A DNA stretch of 64,000 nt, taken from Eutreptiella sp. 'Long Island Sound 2002' (taxonomy: Eukaryota; Protista; Euglenida). The position numbers and the translations under genes were made by a program. A model generated the notes under the pieces. The model saw only the letters and a list, made by a program, of their open reading frames with translations, made no database searches and was not told where the DNA came from. Positions 50,200 through 60,945 of the stretch are shown one piece after another. Each line of letters starts with the position of its first letter. Positions within the stretch are counted from its first letter, which is position 1. The stretch lies in NCBI GenBank assembly GCA_964036045.1, contig OZ038378.1, positions 37,634,001 to 37,698,000 of the forward strand, in the 5' to 3' direction.

Positions 50200-50830
50200 T
50201 TTTTGCAAGAAGGGCACCAAATGCATCCACCGGGTTCAAATTTGGCTTCTCAAGCGCACATGTAGTGCGTTTTTCTTCACTCCCTTGTGGCCTCTCCAAG
50301 GGCAAGCCTTTGCTTCGGTGTCGTAACCCCACGTCAAGGGTCTCCATGTTCAATACATGGGTGAGACCACGTCGTGAAACACGTGGGCCCAGCAGGCACC
50401 ACCCACGCATGCTGTTATTGACAGCAAGCTTGAAAGGCTTATGCTTGTGTTCCGCAGGTATAACGCTCAACACATAAAGGTTACGAGATTTTTGGAGGAC
50501 CGCTGCACAATGGACCACTGTCCAATGGACCCATGGGGTTGACTTCCAACCCAATCGGAGCCATGCCTCACCGAATTTACAGCAGGGAGTCTTGGCCTCT
50601 TGCACCTGACCATTGGTCAATGGTGTCTTTTGCCTCCAAAAGGCATATAGGCCACGCATATTGCGTAGCAACACTTCAATTAGTGTCCACAAGAGGACAC
50701 CACCAAACATGGTGTTAGGAAAATGGTTCCATCTTGACAGTGGGTGTTGTTGGAGTGCGGCGAATCGCGAGTGAGTTGGCTGATATGTTCCTTTGTCTAC
50801 GGAGACATCATTTGTGACGAGAGACACATG
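50200..50830 (-). mobile_element. RAG1/Transib-like transposase C-terminal remnant (family copy 2)
   Basis: STPWVHWTVVHC, LSVIPAEHKHKPFK, LTHVLNMETLDVGL. Confidence 0.7.
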
Positions 50831-50999
50831 AAATGTTCCAGGCGTTCTGGACGAATTTAAAAAAAGGTTCTACGACGCGCACAACGTCCGGAACGCGCAG
50901 AAGGAATTGGTTTGGCTACGGGGACACATGGAGAGCCACGCGTGGAATACGCGCCCAACGCGTACGACGCACAGGACGTGTTGGGGAGTACTACTGTTG

Positions 51000-51930
51000 A
51001 GGGGGGAGGGGGGGGGCGCGTCCTCACAGTTGGGTATCCAGCCTACGTGGTTGTTCCACCAGGGTTCGCACTGGTCCCATGGGTACGGATGGCAGAGGCT
51101 CCGCCTCCATGACCGTCTCGATCTGCCCCACCACGCCCATGACAGACTACACGTCGTGGGCGTCCCTGAAGCACTTGATGTGCATGTGCTTCCCGCACGC
51201 TCCACACGCCCAACGCGTACTCCCGTTGCGGCGATGCGTGCACAAGAGGCGGCTCGCAAAGCGTAGGGACCGCAGCGGTTGGCGTTGTGCTGTTGAACTC
51301 CGCGCCGCTAAAGTACCGTTGCTTGAGCATGTCCCATTGGAATTCCCACATGGTGGTCTTGTCGTCCACCAATCCCGAGGCCTTGGCGGTGGCAAAGGCA
51401 TTGCCGGCCGCGTACCGCACCATGAACACACGCACCGCGTGGCTCCAGGTCATTTGCCTCCCCAGTTGGCGCATTTGCAGCGCCATTTGTTTGGCCCCAT
51501 CTACAGCACGGGAGAACTCCCGGTGGCACGCTACGACCGGAGGGAGAGGGTTCCCTCTCCGGTCTTTGGGCACCTCCTCCCCATACCAACAATTGGTAAG
51601 GAAGGGGACCAAGCGTGGGGGTTTGTGCCCCACCTTCGGGTTCTTGTACACGGCAAGTTCATAGTTCTTGTTGGCCACAATTGCCCGTGCCATGTCGCCC
51701 TCCTGGGTAAGGGCGGCTGCCCTTGTAAGGCCGGCATCTTGCTTATCACGCTTTGAAAGCATGAGAAACGGCCGACGTTGGGCCGCGAATTCCTTGGCAA
51801 GCCCATGACTCCCGAAGAAGCTGTCCGCACAAAGGACGGTGGACTGAGGGATCATCCTCGCCCATAGACGCATGATACCCTTAGCGTCGTTAGGGAGAGT
51901 ACGCCCGGGAAGCTCTGAACGCGCACAATG
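51000..51930 (-). mobile_element. piggyBac-like transposase remnant B (5'-truncated)
   Basis: LCADSFFGSHGLAKE, YKNPKVGHKPPRLVP, FSRAVDGAKQ; CRD ending CGACGKHMHIKC. 3' DNA at 51010-51075 matches 46915-46985. Confidence 0.85.
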
Positions 51931-52047
51931 ACGGTACCTGATGCCAGGGACACGAGGAGAGACGGCATGCGCAACACGTAGAGCACGAAGAACGCAGGGT
52001 CAGAACTTTTTTTCAGAGCAACAGTCCATGACAGTCATTGTTGACGA

Positions 52048-52057
52048 ATATATATAT

Positions 52058-52100
<43 letters not shown>
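52048..52100. repeat. (TA)n microsatellite
   Basis: About 50 bp of alternating TA with two interruptions. Confidence 0.95.
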
Positions 52101-52101
<1 letters not shown>

Positions 52102-53829
52102 TGTCCGACGGTCAGAACCTGGGTACCCCTCCACAGCCGCGAAGGCCAGAGGGACTCTCGGGATCCTTCCGTCCACCACCCGAAAGCCCAAAGCCAAAGC
52201 CACAGTAATGTACAAACACGGACGGGTGGTCAAACCTCACCACCATCGTTCGTCCCCACGGCGGATCCACCTGTCCCTGCGCTGAGGGGGTGGCAAAAAG
52301 CACTGTACAATAACGAACAAAATATCAGGCAGCGTCAGCGCCGCCACCACTGTGGCGTCTGCTGCTGGTGCGGTGTGGGTGTGCGGTAGCGGTATGTGAA
52401 AAAAAAAGAGGCTGGGAAATCTGCCGTCCACGAGCCTCATCGGGGTCTGGCCACCCCGACCCATCCCCCTACCCCTCCCCTCCCCCCCAGCCCTCCCCCC
52501 CTTCCCCTTCCCACTCTGCCTCCGAGAACGGGGTGAACATGTCCACGTCGCTGGCAACCCACGCGTCAGGGTCGTCCTCAGCAGCTGTGGAGAACACGAA
52601 GGACATGCAGGCGGTCACCAGGGACATGCGGGGTGACAGCGCGTAGAGCGTGCAAAACGTCTGGAACACGAAGCGATGGCGCCAGGGACACGACGAGAGA
52701 CAACGTGCGGAACGAATACGACGCGCGGCACGCACCTGTGACCTGGTTCGCCACCGGGGGGGGGAGGGGCCAACATACATACCTCAAAATGATCCCCGTG
52801 ACACGCTGTTCATTTTGAATATAGACAACTGAAGAAAGTTTTTTTCAAAAAAAATTTGCCCATCAACTCAGGCTCCCATCTGCGAAGGTCCGACCTGGAG
52901 GTCGGGTCAGGGTCAATATCCTTTTTTGTGTCTTTCATCCCTTCTTGAATTCTCCACAAATTCTGAGTATTTTGAGCATAGACACATAGGGTCAAATAAA
53001 AAAATTTCCCCGTGGCGTCTCCCTAAAAAAAAAATTCTCTGGCGCCTCTGGCGCCCACAAAACCAATTGTTCCTCTCAACTAACTGACTACGAGACAATG
53101 CCACTAGAATGTCTCCTCTTGAACATTCTACTTTGGGACCTACCTAGAAAATGTGGAAAAAAATGCAGAAAATCCGGAAAAATCCGGACCGCATTCCCCC
53201 CCCCCCCCCCGGAGGAAGCCTGTGCTATTGCACGTGCGCACAAGAGGCGATCAGCACAAAAAGCGCAGGAACAAAATGGCTCGTCAGTGGCTCAGAAGAC
53301 GATAGGTACCTTTCGGTCACAAAGAGTGGAACGTGAAGAAAACCTGTGGGTGGGACACCGACAAGTAAGCAGGAACCATGCAGCGGTATGCACCTGATGC
53401 TCTCGCTAAGCAGCGGCCCCTGGATCTTCCATGTATCATCAAGAGTTCATGTATGGACCGACGGTATCGGAAATGCAGAGTCCCCCTCCCCCCGGGCCGG
53501 TGGCCCCACTGGAATGGGTTGTGAAGGATCTCTGCGGGGCGTATGTGCCAATAGTATAGGAAAATCATAGCACCAATCGGCGCATGTCTCGCTGCAGGGT
53601 CCTGTGTGTGGTACGTGCCAAGATGCATAGGCAGAATTAGACCATAGACTGTGACCTTGTAGCCGCTGACGTAGCCGATAAAAAATAGTATCACATGTGG
53701 ACGGAAGAGAGTATAAAATATGTACAGTCTAGGCCTGCGTGGCTTCAACGTCCCATGGTGTACGGCTGACAATGCGGGGCACGGCGGAATGCAGCGCGCG
53801 CAGAACGGCCGACCGTGAGTAGCGATATC

Positions 53830-56800
53830 TGGCACCACGCTGTGATGCTGATCAGAACTCCCAACCAGGAGTGCAAAAAGGGGTGGACGTTGAGCACAGC
53901 GCTGACGATGATGCTGGCAACATGTTTATAGTCCCGGGCCCATGGGCTTTGCATTGTGACCGAGTACTTGAGGCACCAGGTGTTCGTGAGACCGGATGGA
54001 AGGTGTTTATGAGTGGCGGGTACGCTTGGTGTAAGTGGACAGTGATGCCCATGGCTGTGACGCTGGTGGTTATGCATTCTGTGGTGCAGGTGTGTACAGT
54101 GTCCGTGATGCATGGGCATAGGACTGGTAGGTCCCAGATTTTCTGTAAGTGTGTCCGTAACGCTTTTCATGGTGGATTTGGCTGTGGGTCCACATGCAAC
54201 TACCATGACGTTGTCCCGGAGCTGTGATAGTGATAGTGTATTATCTGTGGGAGTGAGCCATAACGGGTGTCCTCATTCCGTAAATTGGAGTCTTCCTAAG
54301 CGGCGCATGAGGTCGCCTAGCTGCTTGACACCCCATACCGAGCGGAGGTCTGCGGCCTGCACGCTGAAAGGGGCGCCCATGGGTATCGCTCCCTGCCTGT
54401 CCCACACTCCACGAGACGCTTGTGTGAACATGTTAGTCATGAGAGAGAAGTAGACCAGGTTTTCGAGGTCTCTGTGTGCCATGTGGAGAAATCGGTCGGA
54501 CGTACCTTTGCTTGCCCAGTCCAAATTTTTGTTATCGCCGTGGATGCTCCATACCGTGTCCGCTGCGGACCAGCGGCGTCGTTTTTGAAGCCAAGTGACT
54601 GCCTCAGAGAGGGATGTCATGACGTCCTGCGGGTTTATATTGTTAAACTGGCCGGAGCAGTCTGCTTCAGCGATGAACTAGCAGTTCTAGTCGGAGAGGC
54701 CATTAAACCAGTCTTTCATATCACTCATACGGAGGACCAGGAAGCAGCCTGGTATTTCAGAAATAAGAGTTTTTAGTAGTAGGGTGAACGCGTGTGCTGC
54801 CATGCGTAAGTAAAAGTGCTGAATTTGTGGTTCAACAACGGCAGCTATGGGACGCCATAATATACTGCATTTTACGAGCGACTTCACCTTGCCTATGAGG
54901 TACAAAAGAGGCAGGACCGAGGATGGATTTGCAGGCCAACTGTTTTTTCGTACAATGTGCTTCAGGGCCTTGTGGATGCATTGCACGTGTGTCAGTGGTT
55001 GGTGTGTGTATCCCTCACTGGATAAAAATTCTATCCTGGAATCCCAGACCCATCGGTGACAGAAGCCAAACAGCATCGCAGAGCTTTTGTCTGCGATGCG
55101 GACATAGGCCACTGAGCTTAAGGACTGTGCAGCATCACATAGCCGCTGTGGGAGAAGCCCGTCCTCGTCCCATCCGTTGTGCGGCAGGAGGGCTCCTATG
55201 GACTCTTGTGTGTAGGCTTGGCTCGCATGCACTGTTTGTGCAAGCTGCGCAAGTGCCTGTAAAGCAACGTGGCGAGAGCGTGTCCCGGCACAGGGGAGGG
55301 GGTCGGATGCACGGAGGGGGGCTGACTTGTGTTGGACATTGATGGGCAGCAATGCATAGTGCCTGTTAACGACACATACGTTTCCCCCTTGTTGCCATGT
55401 GTCTAAGTGTGTGGGGTTGCAGAAGCATGGGGGGCGGTCGGTCATCTGGCCTGCCTTGTTGACGTGTCGCTCGAACGCTCGGCATTGAGGAGGCTGGAGG
55501 AGACGACTCGTATCTGGGTGCGCACTGTTTTCGTTTCGAGGGCCGAGAAGGTCGTGGAGCGCAAAATTTTGTTGATGACGTGTGCTATGAGCGCGCGATG
55601 TGATGGTGTGAGGTACGGGACGGTAATGTTCACCGGTTTGCCAAGTGGTATGTTCATGCGTGCTGCGATGCGCTGGATGTCCCGATTCAGGACTGCGGAG
55701 CGTGCAAAATCGTTGTTAATGCGCGCGATGTGTGCCTGGCGCAACGTGGTTTGTAGTTGCGTGGCGTGCTGTGTGCCAGGGGTGGCGTTGCCTGCTGTTG
55801 GCAAGGCTGGTGCTGTGTCATTAACGGTCCAGGCGTGCAATGTGTGCCACCATTCTCTCTCCCGGTAGCATCCTAGTGTAGTGTTGTCAACGAGTTCAAC
55901 AGGGACCAGGGTCGACTCAGCTTCACTGGTTTGTTTTAGCAGATCATGAAAAGAGGAGTCCTTTGTCCCTGCTAGACTGGTGGTGACGTGTTTTCGTAGT
56001 CATTGCGTCGGTGCCAGTGTAGTTTTGCCGACGTAGCAACTGAGTAGGTACGTGTGAATAGCAACGTAAATCAGCATTGTGTCAGGGGAGACTGATGTGT
56101 GCCATGCGTGTGTACGGGAAAGTGCGCGTATCAGGCGGATAAGGGGATGTGTGTCATACAGAAGGTATGCCACACGTTTCTGAAGGAGGGATGCCCATCG
56201 GCCCAGGTCCTTGGCGCCAAATGCTGGGCGGATTCCTCGTGTGTATGCTTTATGAATGGCACAGCGTGATGGCTGGGGCTGCCATATATCGGAGTGGCTG
56301 TGGTGATGGGTTTTAATGAATGTGTGGGGACACAGACGATGGGTGTCGTCCAGTGTGTTTATGGTAGCTCCTGATGAGTACAGAAACCAGCGTGTGTTTT
56401 GGAATTTTGGTGCGGCAACAGGTGCAGCCAACGGTGGGCTTCGCGGTGCCGTGGTGAAGCTCCATCTGTTCGTGACGTGTTCGGGCAAGTGGTCGTGAAG
56501 CGTGTCCTGTTCGGAGTGTATGACGTGTGTGTGTGTGCCTGTAACTGCGTGTTCCACTGGGACCAGGGGTGCCGTGGTGTGTAGTAGCGTTCGGAAGCAA
56601 GGGCGCTCACATGCGTCCAGACGGAGACGCCATTGAGCATAGCAGCAAAGAAACACAGGACGTGTGTAGGGGGGGACAGGGATGCCGCTAACGGGCGTTC
56701 CATGGCGTGTACCATTGTGTACAGCGGTGTGAGTGACGTGTGGTGTGTGTGCACAACGCGCTACAAGGCGGCAGGGTGGTGCAGGAGGGGGAGGACCGGT

Positions 56801-57930
56801 TCACTGAAATGTGCAACGATGGCAAAAAACTTCAGCTGCTGTGGTTGCAATTGAAATTTATTTTCGATAACAGATTTCGGGGCTGTTGGAAGATCAAGCG
56901 GGCTGTAGGTGTACTCGGATGAAAAGGGTGTGTGTGCTCTGGTATTGAGAATGTGCTCAGCGAGTGCTAAGCGTTGGTGGACACGAGACATATCACGGAG
57001 GATGTCCTCAAGGCTTACGGTGTTGACGTCCTCTACAGGTTTGAACGTGACGGTGGGCCGGAGGTGCGGGCTGGGGGTTGTGCCGAGAAAACCAATGGCG
57101 GTACTGCTGCGCCTCGCAGAACGGTTTTAAAGCTTTAGTGAAGGGACAGCGTGGTGGTATTGGATGTTGACAGGCTGTCGTCCGTGGCACGCATTACATC
57201 GGTACCGTGTATGGATGTCCACTGCTGTAGGCACATCATGTTCGCGTTGGTCCATTCAGAGAGTGGGGCGTCCAGGATATTGCAGTGCCATGCTGACACT
57301 TTCTTTTTTTTCGGTAACGGGTCCGGGTCCAGCCACCATTTGCGTGTTGCACTGCCACTCGAGACTCGCTTTTTGGCGGCTGTGCTTGGAGGTTCTGCTT
57401 GGCCTGCGCCTGAGCGTTTGCTCCGTGAAGCGCGTGCCGCATCCATCAGTAGGTCGTCGTCGTCGCGGTCTCTCTGGATGTCTGGACTGGTGTGACTTTC
57501 AACGACATACTCTGTTTTGCTGTCTCGAAGGAGGTCCTGGAAGCGGCTTTTCAGGGGTGTCCACTCTTTAGTGATGAAGGATTCGTATGATGCCCGGTGT
57601 TCTCAACAGTCTTTGTCCAGGAAACGTTGGAAGTCATGCTCCAGCTTTGTAATTTTCTCCGCGTGTGGCTCTGCATCATTTTTCCATGCCATCAGTGTGT
57701 CCACTTTTGAGTGTAGTGTGGTGAGGTCGGCTGGGCATTCGTTGATGATGTTCTGAGATGCCTGAAGTGCTCGTACATCCTTCTGCAGTTGCTGAATTGC
57801 TGTATTTTGAGATTCCTGCTCTGAGCTCAGCGTTTGTATCTTTGTGTCGTGCTCGCCTTAGATGATGGGAACTCGACGTAAGCATTGCGACATCTCGTGG
57901 CCGTGGAGGCCGCAATAAAGGCATCCCCTC
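53830..57930 (-). mobile_element. Penelope-like element with GIY-YIG endonuclease upstream of the RT (Naiad/Chlamys-type domain order), decayed
   Basis: GIY-YIG: LIYVAIHTYLLSCYVGKTT..Q*LRKH...YREREWWHTLHAWTVND (~56090-55820). RT: LPLLYLIGKVK...WRPIAA (~54915-54845), RQGAIPMGAPFS (~54400-54365), SQLRDNVMV (54227-54201). Confidence 0.85.
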
Positions 57931-57949
57931 TTTGTAGAGTCGTCCTCAG

Positions 57950-59006
57950 GTGGAAAATGCACTTGGGGGTCATTGGTATGGCACCTGGCTGTAGCATGGG
58001 TTGAAACTCCACATCTGAGACACCATAGATGGTTGGTCCGCCCCCCCCCCCCCTCTGTGGTGGGATGGAAAGGGGCAATGCCCGAATCCTCCCACTACCG
58101 GGGGCCAGCAAGGTGCCAGGAGAAGGGGAAAAAGGAGTGGTCAGCCGGTGCACCTGTAGCAAGATCATGCATGCACACCATGTCGGAGTTGGGGGGGGGG
58201 GGGGTATACACAAGGTTAGTGGTGGGGTACACCTGGACGTGGGCGTGCTTGGGCTTCCCCACCGGGTTAGTGCGCATGGAATTGAGGAGTTGGTCAAGGG
58301 TGGCGGGTTGAGGGGTCAAATGAAGAAATTTAAGGGAGGGGAGTTGGCGGCGGAGTTCCCTCCACAAATTTGTGGCCCAGGCCTTCCCCCCAAGATAGGA
58401 GTTGCGGGTCGGGCTGCGCAGGTCGATGTGAATCACACTGGGGGAGGGGTCCAGGGATGCTGCCCAGCCCACAACATCATCCACTCCCAGTGCCCCCGCC
58501 TGGTAGGTTGCCTCCTCCAATGGGTGGCGGGCGACGGGGAGGGCTTGGTAGTGGGCGAGGGTGTCGGTAGCGGGATCGGGGCGGGACTGCAGGCTGGCGA
58601 GCTGGGACAATGTTTGTTGGGACATGGTCAAAAGAAGATGCAAAGAAAGGCTTTGAGAGCTGTGAGAAAGCAAAACAGTGCAAATTGGGGCAAATTCGCA
58701 CGAGATTCGTACGAAATTCATACGAATTTCGTGCGAATTTCACATTCTCGTGAATGTGTGAACCTAGCGTGAATTTTTGTTTGAATTTGGGTGCGTGAAT
58801 TTCGGATTCGACCGAATCTCACCAAATGTGTTGAACCATGTGGCTACTTAAAACCTCTATTTGCACACATTTGTTGGATCTCACTTTGGGCGAAGATAGC
58901 GCGAGAAAAGCACACGATGGCACCAAGTTAGGAGCAAAACGCAGCAAAAAGTTGTCAAATTCACGGTACCGTGAATCTCGGATTCAAACGGCTCGTTCAC
59001 GGAGGG
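57950..59006 (-). mobile_element. TA-flanked TIR element copy B (left-truncated) with the ORF 58721-58095 N-terminal domain
   Basis: Ends GTTCACGGAGGG|TA at 59006. Palindrome at 58959-58976, TTCGTACGAA motifs near 58706. Colinear with copy A. Confidence 0.8.
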
Positions 59007-59479
59007 TACATAGAGGAGCGCCAACGTGTGCGAGCTGGGTGGCCGCATGTAAAGGAACGGAACGGGGAACACTTTCTCCTCTTGCCCCTTCCTGTGTTTC
59101 ACCCAAAACGGGCAAACCAACGTCAGCGCATCGCCTCCCGCCTCCCGTCCAATAGCGGTCTTGGCACCCAAGGGCCGCACCGAAATGCCCCCGAAGATCT
59201 TCCCGTGGAGGATCCCAGTACGATCCTCCATGCAAAAAAACCATTCCCGCCTCCACATTGGCAACCTTCCCGTACCCATGCACGAACCAGAGGTCGAAAT
59301 CACCGACTTCCGGAAGCGTCACCAAATCGGCGCCTTCACCAGCTGCGGAACTGTCTCCGCGTTGGGCTCCAACAGCAGCTGGGCGCGGAAACCAGCACTG
59401 CTGTTGGCGGGGCCGTGATCCACCAATGCGAAGAGCAAGAAGGTCACGACAATCTAAAAGGCATGGAGGAAATGCATGA

Positions 59480-59705
59480 ATTTAATTGGATTTTGCGTGC
59501 GCAAATGACACGTTTTGCGTCCCGGGTTGAAATCAGGCAACGAAGTAAATACCCTACTAGGCATTCGTAAATGACCCATTTTGCGTCACAGGTTGAAATT
59601 AAGCAACAACGTAAATACCCCATTTTGCGTGCGTAAATAACCCCTTTTGCGTCCTCGTCATGCGTATAGCCGATGCTCAAACGATGCATTTTACGCGCGC
59701 AAAAA
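59480..59705. repeat. Degenerate tandem repeat with TTTTGCGT motifs
   Basis: ttttgcgtc..ggttgaaat.a.gcaac.a.gtaaatacc occurs twice about 70 bp apart, with extra ttttgcgt units. Confidence 0.7.
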
Positions 59706-60700
59706 CGGGGTGATTACACACCTTCTCGTTACATCGGCACTTGCATTCCTTCGTCCTTGCTGTCCCACTTTACTTTGCTGTCAGACTCGGCTTGCATGCT
59801 GGGCATTGAGGCGGTATAGTGCATCGCCGTTGAAGCCCACTGCATCTCACGGGCGCTGGGTGCGCGGGTGAGGACGAGGCTGCTAGGACAGAACCAAACG
59901 TAGACGCAGCCGGGGGCGACGGGGACCCAAACCATGTCGTCCGCCATGGGAGGGAGGATCCACCAGCGATGGTACCAGGGCATCGAGCACTACTCGGCAT
60001 GCTCGTCCTATGGCCCCAGTCCCTCCGTCGTGAATGGGCACACGCTAATGGCAACGGTCCCAACCACGTCCCATTGACCCACACGTCACCCATGTAGGGG
60101 ATTTTCTTCTCCATCCCCGAGGGCGTTTTCAGGGGCGCCGACCAACTCAACCTTGGGGCAGGTAGTGCAGGGGGCTGCAAATCACTGCCCAATGAGGTTG
60201 CCGGGGGGTCCTCCTCCGCCTCTGCCACCTCCGGTTCCTCCGGCTCAACAAACATCACGTCCGGGACATTCTCCGGTTCCACCACATTTGGGGGTGTGCG
60301 GAATCTTTCCGGCACGAAGGGGACAAAAATCGTCCTCCCCGGCCCGCCAGCTCGACGATGGATGAACGTTCCATCCATCAGCAAAACACTGCCCCGCTTT
60401 TGCTGGACCACATGCAGCGTGTTGGACGTGTGGTAGCCATGGCTCGTCCCCAGTGCAATTTGCAGGGATTTTTCTGGGGGATCATCCTGCAAAGATATGA
60501 AAACCACCCTCGTGTCCGCCGCACCCCGCAACGTAAGCATGAAATCGCGGTGCGGCCACTGGTAGCCCGCCAGAAGGGGCGTCCATTCGTTCCACCAACT
60601 GGGGCTCCCAGTCCTCCAGGTCATCCAGCACCTGGGATGGACGTTCTAGGGCGTGGTGCGGAACCCCTTGGTAGAGCACAATTTCCGGAACACCCAACTA
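59700..60700 (-). pseudogene. Second 2OG-Fe(II) dioxygenase gene with acidic linker and Cys-containing tail
   Basis: GYQWPHRDF (HxD at 60552-60544), VVFISLQDD, RGSVLLMDGTFIH (His at 60358), then R-TIFVPF. Confidence 0.7.
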
Positions 60701-60824
60701 GCCTCAATTTCGGGGCAATCCACCTAAAAAAACGGATTCCGCACCCTCAAAAACTCCCCATCCCCTTTCTTTCCCCACAGAAACCTCATCGTAGGGGTGG
60801 TTTTTTTTGGGGGGGGGTCAAAGA

Positions 60825-60945
60825 GTTAGAGCAGAGTTAGAACGCAGTTAGAACGCAGTTAGAGCACAGTGCTCTAACTGATTGGAGCACTAATTATCGC
60901 GCGAAAACTGAGTTATCGCGCAGTTATCGCGGGTAGTTATCGCGC
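60825..60945. repeat. GTTAGA(A/G)C and AGTTATCGCG motif array downstream of the RAG-like transposase
   Basis: gttagaacgca repeats followed by four ttatcgcg units. Confidence 0.85.

Noticed and set aside
55998-56004. In-frame TGA in the GIY-YIG domain as possible selenocysteine (as in some Naiad PLEs)
   Set aside because: It aligns with the conserved Arg of the R..(K/E)H motif, consistent with CGA-to-TGA decay, and the element has other lesions.
56370-56390. CTGATGAG-TACA-GAAAC hammerhead-like core
   Set aside because: Only about 5 nt separate the core motifs, no flanking stems are evident, and it lies antisense within the PLE coding region.
60825-60870. GTTAG repeats as telomeric sequence (also 63520-63605)
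   Set aside because: The units are GTTAGA(A/G)C rather than TTAGGG, and they are interleaved with element-specific motifs.
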